DNA of 64,000 nucleotides, taken from contig JAHFLO010000002.1 of the NCBI GenBank assembly GCA_023244855.1, positions 8,017 to 72,016 on the forward strand, written 5' to 3'. Made by a program: the position numbers and the translations under genes. Shown here one piece after another: positions 9,669 through 18,575 of the stretch. The DNA comes from Candidatus Harrisonbacteria bacterium. GTDB taxonomy: Bacteria; Patescibacteriota; Minisyncoccia; UBA6257; UBA11618. Position 1 is the first letter of the stretch, and each line of letters starts with the position of its first letter. Below the pieces are notes generated by a model that was given only the letters and a program-made list of their open reading frames with translations, did no database searches and was not told the DNA's origin.

Positions 9669-10781
9669 ATGAAACTAATACTCTTCCGTGACAACCTGAA
9701 AAACGGACTGTTGGCTGCCGAACGAGCGGTAGCTGACTCGTCTAATTTACCGATATTAAAGAACGTACTTGTGCGTACGGTAGGTACGAAGATCCAGCTT
9801 ACAACCACAAACCTCGAACTCGCTATAACAAAGCTTATATCGGGAAAGATTACGGAAGAGGGGGCATTATCCGTCCCGTTCGCTACTTTTTATAGCATCG
9901 TTAATAATACGGCGCACGACCGCATCAATCTTGAAAGCGAGGGGTCGAGCTTCGTCGTGAAAACGGATAATTACGAAGCGAAGATGCAGGGGATGGTAGC
10001 TGAGGATTTTCCGCTTATTCCACGCATGGCGGACGGAGGCGCATATATGGAGATTGACCCCGTCGTATTCCAAGACGCGCTGCAGCAGGTGATAAGCGCG
10101 GCGCATATATCAGATATTCGTCCGGAAATCAGTGGTGTGCTATTCGACTTCCAGATGACGGTGTTGAAGCTTGTTGCTACCGACAGTTTCCGCTTAGCGG
10201 AGAAGATTATCGACGGAAAAAAATTTAAACATACGTTCGATGCCGGATTTCGGGCTATAGTGCCGCTCCGTACCGCGCAGGAGCTCTTACGGGTTATATC
10301 GCGCACTACGCCTCTCCTCGTGCATTATGACAGCAACCAGATGCTCTTTAAATCCGACGACGTAGAGGTAATGTCGCGCCTTATCGATGGCACGTACCCT
10401 GATTACGAACAAATCATCCCGAAGGATGCGGAAACGGAGGTTTCGCTAGACCGCGCACACCTTATAAACGCCGTAAAATTAGTAAGTAATTTTAGCGGTA
10501 AAACGAACGACGTGCGCCTTTCAACGGATACAGAAGGGAAGACGGTTACTGTCCATTCGGTTAACCAATTCCTTGGCGAAAATAAATATCTCATCCCTGC
10601 GCGCGTTACGGGTACACAGATAGCGGATATTCCGTTTAACTGGCGGTATCTTTTAGATGGCTTAAAATCGATGCAGGGGGAGTCGGTTGTTTTAAAATTG
10701 AATGGTAGTAACCGCCCGGCGATGCTCCGCCCTGCGGACGATTCTTCGTTTCTTTATATCGTGATGCCGATTAGAGTCTGA
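9669..10781 (+). CDS. dnaN: DNA polymerase III beta sliding clamp
   Basis: LPILKNVL, VATDSFRLA, SRLIDGTYPDYEQIIP, YIVMPIR. Confidence 0.97.
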   Translation: MKLILFRDNLKNGLLAAERAVADSSNLPILKNVLVRTVGTKIQLTTTNLELAITKLISGKITEEGALSVPFATFYSIVNNTAHDRINLESEGSSFVVKTDNYEAKMQGMVAEDFPLIPRMADGGAYMEIDPVVFQDALQQVISAAHISDIRPEISGVLFDFQMTVLKLVATDSFRLAEKIIDGKKFKHTFDAGFRAIVPLRTAQELLRVISRTTPLLVHYDSNQMLFKSDDVEVMSRLIDGTYPDYEQIIPKDAETEVSLDRAHLINAVKLVSNFSGKTNDVRLSTDTEGKTVTVHSVNQFLGENKYLIPARVTGTQIADIPFNWRYLLDGLKSMQGESVVLKLNGSNRPAMLRPADDSSFLYIVMPIRV

Positions 10782-10800
10782 TTAAATTTCTAGATCTTCG

Positions 10801-13182
10801 TTATCTTTTGAAGATTACTATTTCTTTCGATTCCAATATTCCCTGCGCGCCGAAGATTTTTATCGTGAACTTATTCTGGGCTTCGAGTGGTGTCACTACC
10901 GTTACCGAATAGTCGTAGCTCTTACTCGGGGGTACGGCATCTTTCCGTACGAGTACGTCGTTTAAGTATGTTTCGATTCCCATAATATCCGTCGCCGCGG
11001 TTAACCGCACGTTTACCGTAAACGGGGATTGCATAACGAAGTCACCGTTTTTGATATTTATGAGTTCGATTCCTGATGTGGATGAGGCGTTCATACCACC
11101 ACGGTTCATAAGAAAGTCAGGGTGCGCGTTAAGCCAACTGATTATACCTTCTTCCCAATTCTTAAATTGCGAGTCGGCTTGCGGGTTCTGTGGTGGAGGC
11201 CCTAACGGATCTTTCTTATTTACGTAGTAGAGAATAGTGTGCACTTCGTTGTTTACCATATATTCGCCATTCAATACTGGTTTATCGGTAATCGTCGCGT
11301 TCGGGCGGGGGAATGGCTCGAAGGGGGCGTTCTTTAAAGCTTCTTTCATGAAGGCGCTCCAGATAGGTACGGCTGCCAAGATACTGCCGCCGCTTTGCTG
11401 TAGGGGTTTATTGTCGTTATTACCGGCCCAGACGCCGACGACGAGGGATGGGGTATAGCCGAAGGTCCACGCGTCACGATAATCGTTCGTAGTACCGGTT
11501 TTCATCGCCACTTCATGATTAGGGAAGATGGTAAGGTTCATACTGCTTTGGAAAAGCGGTGAACGCGCGGCGGTATCTGAGAGTATGTCGTTCACCATAC
11601 GGACGTACCCACTGTTTATAACCTGCTCTTTCGCGTCCTTATACGACTCAAGCGTTTTACCGTTTTTGTCTTCCACGGAGAGTATAATTGCTTGTTCGTG
11701 TAATACGCCGTCTTGGCTTAAGACCGAATATGCCTTAATCATGTCGATAAGTTTCACTTCGCCTCCACCCAAAGCGAGAGTGAGGCCGTAACGATTACGT
11801 TCGTTTAAGGTTGATATACCCATAGCGCGCACGAGCGTGAGTACGTTGTCGATACCCGCGAGGTAGAGCGTTTTTACGGACGGGACGTTTACGGATTGTG
11901 CGAGCGCGTTCCGCATCGATACCGGCCCGCGGAACTGGTGGTCAAAGTTTTGCGGCTTGTAGCTCCGCTCGAGAGCGCCCGTCGTATCGAATTCCGTCTC
12001 CACGTCAAAGAGGACAGTATCGGGCGAAAACCCTTTCTTGAAAGCAGCGAGATACGCGAACGGTTTTATAGACGAGCCAGGTTGGCGGAGTCCTTGCGAG
12101 GCGACGTCGAAGTTACCATCTATCGCTTCGTCGAAATAACCGCGCGACCCTACAAGCGCGAGCACTTGGCCGGTTTCCGAGTCGGCTGCCACGAGCGCGG
12201 CGTTCGTTCCTTTATATAATTCAGTGTTGCGCTTCGCGCCATCCGCTACTGCCTTTTCCGCCACCTGTTGCAGTGTCCAGTCGAGCGTCGTCGTAACCTT
12301 GAGTCCGCCCGTGCGCATGAAGTCGTCGCCGTAAGCGTTCGCTAAATATTCTTGTACGAGCATTACGAAATGTGGAGCCTTGATATTAGTAAACTGGGGA
12401 AGGAATGTAATTTCTTCCTTAAGGGCTTTATTTTTTTGTTCCTCGGTTAAAAACCCCGCTTCCGCCATCTGGCGTATCGTGCGGTCTTTGCGCGCCATAA
12501 GGTCCGCTACGTGCGTTCCCCACGGGGAGTAGTAGCTTGGTGCCTTAGGAAGACTTGCAAGGAGGGCGGTTTCCGCCACCGTAAGTTCCATGGCGCTTTT
12601 ACCGAAATATGTTTTAGATGCCGCCTCAATACCATAGGCGTTCGCGCCGTAGGGGATCTGGTTAAGATAGAGGTTGAGAATTTCGTCTTTCGAATACCGT
12701 CTTTCGAGGTTGTACGCTATGACGAGTTCCTTAATCTTACGGGATATCGTGCGGTCGTCCGTAAGGAACGCTTTCTTCGCGAGCTGCTGGGTAATCGTCG
12801 AGCCTCCTTGCACGACGCCGACGTTCCGTATATTCGTGAGCATCGCTCGCGCGATACCCTTCCAATCGATGGCGGCATGGTTATAGAAATTACGATCCTC
12901 GACCGCGATCGTTGCTTTACGTACTATATCGGGAATCTGGTCGGGGGTAACGACCGTGCGGCGTTGTTCGCCGTAGAGTTCGTATAAAAGCACTTTGCCG
13001 GTGCGGTCGTAAATTTTCGTTGATTCGGCGATACGGTTCTGCGAAAGGAGCGTTACGTCGGGGACGGATCGTACAACAGCAATAGCGTAGAGAGCTCCCG
13101 CAAAAAAAGCAGCGACAGCTCCTATAAGAGCTGGCTTATATACCTTCTTTAAAAAAGGTTTGAATTTTATTTTCATATTCAT
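10801..13182 (-). CDS. Class A penicillin-binding protein (transglycosylase/transpeptidase)
   Basis: EDRNFYNH, QGGSTITQQLAK, RKIKE GT motifs; RQPGSSIKPF (SxxK), SVN, KTGT. Confidence 0.95.
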   Translation of the reverse strand: MNMKIKFKPFLKKVYKPALIGAVAAFFAGALYAIAVVRSVPDVTLLSQNRIAESTKIYDRTGKVLLYELYGEQRRTVVTPDQIPDIVRKATIAVEDRNFYNHAAIDWKGIARAMLTNIRNVGVVQGGSTITQQLAKKAFLTDDRTISRKIKELVIAYNLERRYSKDEILNLYLNQIPYGANAYGIEAASKTYFGKSAMELTVAETALLASLPKAPSYYSPWGTHVADLMARKDRTIRQMAEAGFLTEEQKNKALKEEITFLPQFTNIKAPHFVMLVQEYLANAYGDDFMRTGGLKVTTTLDWTLQQVAEKAVADGAKRNTELYKGTNAALVAADSETGQVLALVGSRGYFDEAIDGNFDVASQGLRQPGSSIKPFAYLAAFKKGFSPDTVLFDVETEFDTTGALERSYKPQNFDHQFRGPVSMRNALAQSVNVPSVKTLYLAGIDNVLTLVRAMGISTLNERNRYGLTLALGGGEVKLIDMIKAYSVLSQDGVLHEQAIILSVEDKNGKTLESYKDAKEQVINSGYVRMVNDILSDTAARSPLFQSSMNLTIFPNHEVAMKTGTTNDYRDAWTFGYTPSLVVGVWAGNNDNKPLQQSGGSILAAVPIWSAFMKEALKNAPFEPFPRPNATITDKPVLNGEYMVNNEVHTILYYVNKKDPLGPPPQNPQADSQFKNWEEGIISWLNAHPDFLMNRGGMNASSTSGIELINIKNGDFVMQSPFTVNVRLTAATDIMGIETYLNDVLVRKDAVPPSKSYDYSVTVVTPLEAQNKFTIKIFGAQGILESKEIVIFKR

Positions 13183-13200
13183 ACATTTGCATTCACGAAC

Positions 13201-13237
13201 AAAACGTCCTGCATACCAGTATACCGCATGCAGGACG
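13201..13237 (-). terminator. Intrinsic terminator downstream of the acidic small ORF
   Basis: 10-bp stem CGTCCTGCAT/ATGCAGGACG with a T-run on the - strand. Confidence 0.6.
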
Positions 13238-13273
13238 CTTCTTGATTGTTATAAGAGAGGGGCTTTTGAAGGG

Positions 13274-13459
13274 TTATATCTCTTCGTCGTCATCGTCGTC
13301 ATCGTCATCCTCGTCGATCTCATCGAGATCGTCGTCGGCGTCGAGTTCATCGTCGTTTTCCAAGTCATCCTCTAACTCATCAACATCGTCTAATCCATCC
13401 ATGATTACGAATCGATCTGCGGGAAGGATGGGGGTACTGATTTCGGTAATAAATTCCAT
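13274..13459 (-). CDS. Small, extremely acidic protein (61 aa)
   Basis: ATG 13459; 33 of 61 residues D/E; own promoter (TTGACA 13519-13514, 16 nt, TATACT 13497-13492) and terminator. Confidence 0.65.
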   Translation of the reverse strand: MEFITEISTPILPADRFVIMDGLDDVDELEDDLENDDELDADDDLDEIDEDDDDDDDDEEI

Positions 13460-13515
13460 AAAATAACACGCAATAACGACCTTTTGGGGGAAGTATATAC
13501 GAGACCGTCTATGTG

Positions 13516-14010
13516 TCAAGAAGTTTTTGTAAGACGATGAGCGCCGGCAGTTGCTATGGCTATGGCGAGCGCGTCCGTCGCGTCATCGAGGATGCGGAGC
13601 GGGGGCACGTGAAGGATCATTGCAACCATGCGCGCCACCGCTTTTTTATCCGCACTACCGTAATTAGTCGTCGCGACTTTTACCTGCTGAGGAGTGAATT
13701 CGTAAACGGGCGCGCAGGCGCTCGACAGATGTAATAAAAGGCCGCGTGCTTGTGCCACTTCGATGCCTGTCTTTACGTTCTTGGAAAAGAATAATTTTTC
13801 GATGCCGATGGCATCAGGCTTTGACTCTACAAGAAGTTTTTTGAATTCCATTGCGAGTGCGTTTAATTTTCCCGCTGCCTCGCCTTTAGGGATTTCAACA
13901 ATCCCCGTTTTAATAAGGGAAAGAATAGATCCTTTTTTTTCGATCAAGCCAAAGCCGATGCGTGAACTGCCGGGGTCGATACCTAAAATACGGACAACCG
14001 GCTGATTCAT
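13516..14010 (-). CDS. ruvC: Holliday junction resolvase RuvC
   Basis: ILGIDPG, IEKLFF, VAQARG, DDATDALAIA. Confidence 0.96.
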   Translation of the reverse strand: MNQPVVRILGIDPGSSRIGFGLIEKKGSILSLIKTGIVEIPKGEAAGKLNALAMEFKKLLVESKPDAIGIEKLFFSKNVKTGIEVAQARGLLLHLSSACAPVYEFTPQQVKVATTNYGSADKKAVARMVAMILHVPPLRILDDATDALAIAIATAGAHRLTKTS

Positions 14011-14013
14011 AAT

Positions 14014-14538
14014 TTACAATTCGGGATTCAAGACGTTCGTAAAAATGTTTTGTACGTCGTCGCGGTCTTCCAATAATTCCGTAAGTTTTTTCATAACGGC
14101 TGTATCCTCGGCGCTTATCTCGAGAGGGAATCTTGCTACTGTGCCGTCAAATGCCCACCGCACACTGCCTATTTCGCCGAGCTTGCCACCGTTCTTTTCG
14201 AGTACGTGTCGTACTTCGTTAACCGTTCGGGTAGTACTATCAGTGATTGTATTAATAAGGATTGCGATGCCATTCGGACCGTACGCTTCGAGCGTCATTT
14301 CTTCTAGTGCATCGGTATCCTGCGTTTTTTGTATCGCGCGTTCGATGTTTTCGTTCGGTACCGTGTTTGTTCGTGCTTCTTCTATAAGGCTCCGCAAGCG
14401 GGGATTAAAAGCGGGGTTTGGTTCGCCGCGCGCGGCTATCGTAATAGCCTTGAGGATTTTCGAAAAAACAACACTCTTTTTCTTATCGGTTGCGCCCTTC
14501 TGGTGTTTTATCTGGGACCACTTGTTATGTCCGGACAT
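14014..14538 (-). CDS. yebC: YebC/PmpR-family protein (short form)
   Basis: MSGHNKWSQIKHQK start at 14538, NPRLR, EAYGPNG, DDVQNIF; adjacent to ruvC. Confidence 0.93.
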   Translation of the reverse strand: MSGHNKWSQIKHQKGATDKKKSVVFSKILKAITIAARGEPNPAFNPRLRSLIEEARTNTVPNENIERAIQKTQDTDALEEMTLEAYGPNGIAILINTITDSTTRTVNEVRHVLEKNGGKLGEIGSVRWAFDGTVARFPLEISAEDTAVMKKLTELLEDRDDVQNIFTNVLNPEL

Positions 14539-14626
14539 ATATACGGAGGGTACGGCATCCAAAGGTATAAAAAAAGCCCCTCGGTCTGGATTATCGAAGT
14601 TGGCAATGGTACCGTAATGCATATAT

Positions 14627-16030
14627 ATGTCCCTTATAGACGAACAGTTGGCGCGGCTTGCGCGCGAGCACGAAGAGCGGAGCGAGAAGCGTGAGACGGA
14701 GCGCCGTACAGCAGTAGCGCCGCAGGCGGAAGTCGCGGGTGTTATAAGTGTTTCGCCGGAACGTGAGCAGGAACTCGCGCCGAGCATGGCGACTTTCGCG
14801 GACGTGAAATCGGCTTTTGCGGCGTTCGATTTTGAAAACGGCTCCATCGCCTCGTTTATGGAATTACTTCTACTTTCTGGCGTACGCTTGCGCGCCTCGG
14901 ATATTCATATGGAGCCGCAGGAGGTTTCGGTACTTATGCGATTGCGCATTGACGGCATTATGAATGACGCGGGCGCGGTACCGATGCCGTATTACAAAAT
15001 GCTTTCGTCGCGTATCAAGCTCCTTTCCCGTATGAAGCTGAATGCGGACAAGCCGCAGGATGGGCGGTTCTCAGTGCGCACGGAAAGCGCGCAAATTGAA
15101 GTGCGCGTTTCTTCCGTCCCTGCGCAATACGGCGAAACACTTGTGATGCGTCTCTTAAACCCCGCAGCGCTCCAAACGGATATCGGCTCCTTGGGGTTGC
15201 GGCAAGACGACTTCGCTATCGTTATGCGCGAACTTTCCGTACCGAACGGCATGATTTTAAATACCGGCCCTACGGGATCAGGCAAGACGACGACACTCTA
15301 CTCGTTCCTTAAGAAGGTCGCGCAGCCGGGTAATAAGGTTGTTACTATCGAAGACCCTATAGAATACGCGGTCGCGGGCATCGAGCAGACGCAGGTGGAC
15401 GAGGATAAGGGGTATTCCTTCGCAACGGGGCTCCGCGCTATCGTACGGCAGGATCCGGATATTATCCTCGTGGGCGAAATTCGCGATGCGGAAACGGCCG
15501 GTATCGGTATGCAGGCCGCGCTTACGGGGCACCAAGTTTTTTCTACGGTACACGCGAACGACGCAGCGGGCGCCATACCGCGCCTTATGGATATGGGCGT
15601 GCAAAAAGAGACTATTGGCCCCGCGATCAATTTAATCATGGGTCAGCGTCTCGTGCGCCGTTTGTGCGACGCATGCAAAAAGCCCGCGCAGGTGGATGCG
15701 GAGCTCGTTTTGAAAATCAAACAGTATTTAGAAATGCTGCCCGCACGTGTTTCGCGCGAAGGGCTTTCTGCTGAAGGGTTATACGAGCCCGTGGGGTGTG
15801 CGGCATGCGACGGCGCGGGCTACCGCGGGCGCATCGCTATTTTTGAACTCTTTCCCGTAAATGCAGATGCCGAAAAAATAATAGCCGCGGGGGCGGGCGC
15901 GGGGGATTTATATGCCTTCGCTGTCGCACGCGGCATGGTTACGATGCAACAGGATGGCGTGTTAAAAGCCCTCCATGGTATAACGACGGTAGCTGAAATC
16001 GAAGCCGCGACGGGCCCGATTGCTTTCTAA
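14627..16030 (+). CDS. GspE/PilB-family secretion or type IV pilus ATPase
   Basis: ASDIHMEP, PQDGR, TGPTGSGKTTTLY, TIEDPIE, RQDPDIILVGEIRD, tetracysteine CxxC..CxxC. Confidence 0.93.
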   Translation: MSLIDEQLARLAREHEERSEKRETERRTAVAPQAEVAGVISVSPEREQELAPSMATFADVKSAFAAFDFENGSIASFMELLLLSGVRLRASDIHMEPQEVSVLMRLRIDGIMNDAGAVPMPYYKMLSSRIKLLSRMKLNADKPQDGRFSVRTESAQIEVRVSSVPAQYGETLVMRLLNPAALQTDIGSLGLRQDDFAIVMRELSVPNGMILNTGPTGSGKTTTLYSFLKKVAQPGNKVVTIEDPIEYAVAGIEQTQVDEDKGYSFATGLRAIVRQDPDIILVGEIRDAETAGIGMQAALTGHQVFSTVHANDAAGAIPRLMDMGVQKETIGPAINLIMGQRLVRRLCDACKKPAQVDAELVLKIKQYLEMLPARVSREGLSAEGLYEPVGCAACDGAGYRGRIAIFELFPVNADAEKIIAAGAGAGDLYAFAVARGMVTMQQDGVLKALHGITTVAEIEAATGPIAF

Positions 16031-16041
16031 GAAGACTATAA

Positions 16042-16230
16042 CGAAAAAATAGTGATCTGCGGGCGTTGTCTCGTTGAGCCGAGAACTATAGAAATCTTTT
16101 TCACGAGGGAAAAAGGTTAGAACGATTTCGAGGAGAGATCCAGCCGGAGCCAGACCATCCGTATACTAAAAATTGTTCTTTCCAGACTTGCGTCTGGGTC
16201 GCCCGCAGATCACTATTCTCACGATGTACA
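16042..16230 (-). ncRNA. Candidate structured non-coding RNA, family not recognised
   Basis: Perfect 18-bp closing stem 16048-16065/16200-16217, four internal hairpins, promoter TTGACA-18-TATACT (16266-16237) and terminal U-run. Confidence 0.65.
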
Positions 16231-16274
16231 GCGGGTAGTATAGCATACCCAATTTCAATTTGTCAAGCACCACC

Positions 16275-17264
16275 GTGGATAACCAAAAAGAACATCTTAC
16301 CGTTGACTCCGCACTCCGTCCCTCAGGATGGGGTGATTACGTCGGCCAAGACAAAATAAAGGAGAATTTACGCGTTATTTTAGCGGCTGCGAAAGCTCGC
16401 AACGAGGCATGTGATCACCTGCTTTTTTACGGGCAGGCGGGCTTGGGTAAAACCACGCTTGCACACCTTGTAACGAACGAACTCGGGTGTGGGTTAAAGG
16501 TAACCTCCGGCCCCGCGCTTGAAAAGATGGGGGACTTAGCGGCGGTGCTTAGTAATCTCGAAGAGCGGGATGTGTTATTTATCGACGAGGCGCACCGTAT
16601 TAATAAAAACATCGAAGAGGTTTTATATCCCGCCATGGAGAGCCGTAAGCTGAACCTAATAATCGGCAAGGGGCCGGGGGCGCGTACGGTTTCTCTCGAC
16701 TTACCCGCGTTTACAGTGATTGCGGCAACCACGCGCGTGCATTTAATATCTGGTCCTTTGCGATCGCGTTTCGGCGCTTCGTTTAAGCTCGACTATTATG
16801 ATAATCCGGCAATCGAGGCTATCGTGCGCCGCTCGGCGGGGATTTTGGAAATGAATTTGGATAATCCAGCAATTACGCGCGTTGCCCTCGCTTCGCGCTT
16901 TACCCCGCGCGCCGCAAACCGATTATTAAAGCGCGTCCGCGACTATGCTGAGGTACACGGCGCGAAAACGATTACGGACGATGTGGTAAAAAAGACGTTC
17001 GATATGTTGGATATCGATCCCTTAGGGCTCGAGCTACTCGACAGGCGCTACATGGAGCTAATTATTAAGAAATTTAACGGCGGTCCGGTTGGTATTAATT
17101 CCGTGGCCGCCGCGATGAACGATAACGCGGAAAATATCGAGGAAGTGGTTGAGCCGTTCCTTATTATGCTTGGGTTTTTACACCGCACGTCCGCCGGTCG
17201 CGTGGTAACACCCGAGGGTTACGCGCACTTAGGTGTGCCCGTGCCGCAAAGCAGGCTTATATAA
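16275..17264 (+). CDS. ruvB: Holliday junction branch-migration ATPase RuvB
   Basis: LRP..YVGQ, GQAGLGKTTLA, FIDEAHR, LYPAME, PLRSRFG; start GTG 16275 (or TTG 16260). Confidence 0.97.
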   Translation: MDNQKEHLTVDSALRPSGWGDYVGQDKIKENLRVILAAAKARNEACDHLLFYGQAGLGKTTLAHLVTNELGCGLKVTSGPALEKMGDLAAVLSNLEERDVLFIDEAHRINKNIEEVLYPAMESRKLNLIIGKGPGARTVSLDLPAFTVIAATTRVHLISGPLRSRFGASFKLDYYDNPAIEAIVRRSAGILEMNLDNPAITRVALASRFTPRAANRLLKRVRDYAEVHGAKTITDDVVKKTFDMLDIDPLGLELLDRRYMELIIKKFNGGPVGINSVAAAMNDNAENIEEVVEPFLIMLGFLHRTSAGRVVTPEGYAHLGVPVPQSRLI

Positions 17265-17265
17265 G

Positions 17266-17685
17266 ATGACTATAGAAGAAACGCAAAAATACGCGGAAGA
17301 GTTGGCGGCGTCTGTGTCGTTAGGTAGGCGGGTGTTTGCACTCGTGGGGGATTTAGGTGCGGGTAAGACTACCTTTTCGCGTTTCTTTTTGCGCGCATTA
17401 GGCGTTGTGGAGCCGGTGACGAGCCCAACCTTCGTTATTATGAAAAATTATTCACTTATACATCCGCAATTTACCCGCGCGTGCCATGTGGATTGCTATC
17501 GCTTAAAAAGTCCGGAAGAAATGACAGCGCTCGGTTTCACTCAGATTCTTACGGACGAAAAGATAATTATTCTTGTCGAGTGGGCAGACCGTATCGCAGA
17601 TATGCTGCCGCAGAGTACCGTGTGGATCGACTTCGCTCATATAAATGAAGTAAATCGACATATCGTCCCGCGCGCCGAAAAATAA
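17266..17685 (+). CDS. tsaE: t6A tRNA modification ATPase TsaE
   Basis: GDLGAGKTTF, VTSPTF, HVDCYRL, LVEWAD. Confidence 0.95.
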   Translation: MTIEETQKYAEELAASVSLGRRVFALVGDLGAGKTTFSRFFLRALGVVEPVTSPTFVIMKNYSLIHPQFTRACHVDCYRLKSPEEMTALGFTQILTDEKIIILVEWADRIADMLPQSTVWIDFAHINEVNRHIVPRAEK

Positions 17686-17688
17686 AAT

Positions 17689-18552
17689 ATGAAACAGTTT
17701 CTTTTAATAGATTCGCATGCGCTGATCCATCGGTTTTTCCATGCCCTGCCACCCCTTACGACCCCCACGGGGGATCCGGTGGGTGTGGTATACGGCATGG
17801 CGAATATTATGTTGAAGCTCCATCGTGAGCAAAGGCCGGATTACGTTGCCGCCGTGTTCGACCGGCCGGAGAAGACGTTCCGCGAGGAGATGTTTACGGA
17901 CTACAAAGTGCATCGCCCACCCGCGCCCGACGACCTTATCAGTCAGTTTAAAAAAGTTCGCGACCTATTCGATAGATTTTCGGTGAAGACAGTCGAGTTT
18001 CCGGGGTACGAGGCGGACGACCTCATCGGCAGTTTAGTTGAGCGCTTTAAAGATGAGCCCGATATTACGCTTACTATTCTTACGGGCGACTTAGACTTAC
18101 TTCAGCTCGTGGACGGCGACCGCGTGGTCGTGAAGTTTTTGCAAAAAGGCATGAGCGACACGAAGATGTATAACGAAGCGGCGGTGCTTGAGCGGTACGG
18201 CGTCATGCCGAAAGTTCTGCCGGACTTAAAGGGCTTGTTGGGCGACCAGTCAGATAATATCCCCGGCGTGGCGGGCGTGGGGCCGAAGACGGCGACGCCC
18301 TTGATCCAAAAATACGGCACGCTCGAAAACCTGATAGACCACTTATGGGAAGTGCCGGATAAGGTCGGCATGAAGATAGACGCGGCGCGCGAAACAGCAC
18401 TTTTTTCGAAAAAACTTGCGACTATCGCCCGCAACGCGCCGCTTGCGGTCGAGGGCATCGGCGATTTCGTCTTGAAGCCGCTCGATTCCGCGCACGTGCG
18501 CCCGTATTTCGAATCGCTCGGCTTCAAAAGCCTCGCGGAACGATTATCGTAA
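17689..18552 (+). CDS. Stand-alone 5'-3' exonuclease/flap endonuclease (Pol I N-terminal domain only)
   Basis: LLIDSHALIHRFFHA, EADDLIGS, TGDLDLLQL, GDQSDNIPGVAGVGPKTA; stops after 287 aa. Confidence 0.92.
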   Translation: MKQFLLIDSHALIHRFFHALPPLTTPTGDPVGVVYGMANIMLKLHREQRPDYVAAVFDRPEKTFREEMFTDYKVHRPPAPDDLISQFKKVRDLFDRFSVKTVEFPGYEADDLIGSLVERFKDEPDITLTILTGDLDLLQLVDGDRVVVKFLQKGMSDTKMYNEAAVLERYGVMPKVLPDLKGLLGDQSDNIPGVAGVGPKTATPLIQKYGTLENLIDHLWEVPDKVGMKIDAARETALFSKKLATIARNAPLAVEGIGDFVLKPLDSAHVRPYFESLGFKSLAERLS

Positions 18553-18575
18553 ATTCTTGTGATACAGTTATTCAT

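Noticed and set aside
13242-13466. Poly-Ser ORF on the + strand
   Set aside because: Reverse-complement reading of the Asp-rich gene; promoter and terminator support the - strand
14539-14847. N-terminal extension of YebC in the ORF track
   Set aside because: Overlaps the divergent pilB-like gene; the family start MSGHNKW is at 14538
16042-16230. RNase P or SRP RNA assignment for the structured region
   Set aside because: Conserved P4 (GGAAAGUC..CGGCUU) and SRP helix-8 motifs are absent on both strands
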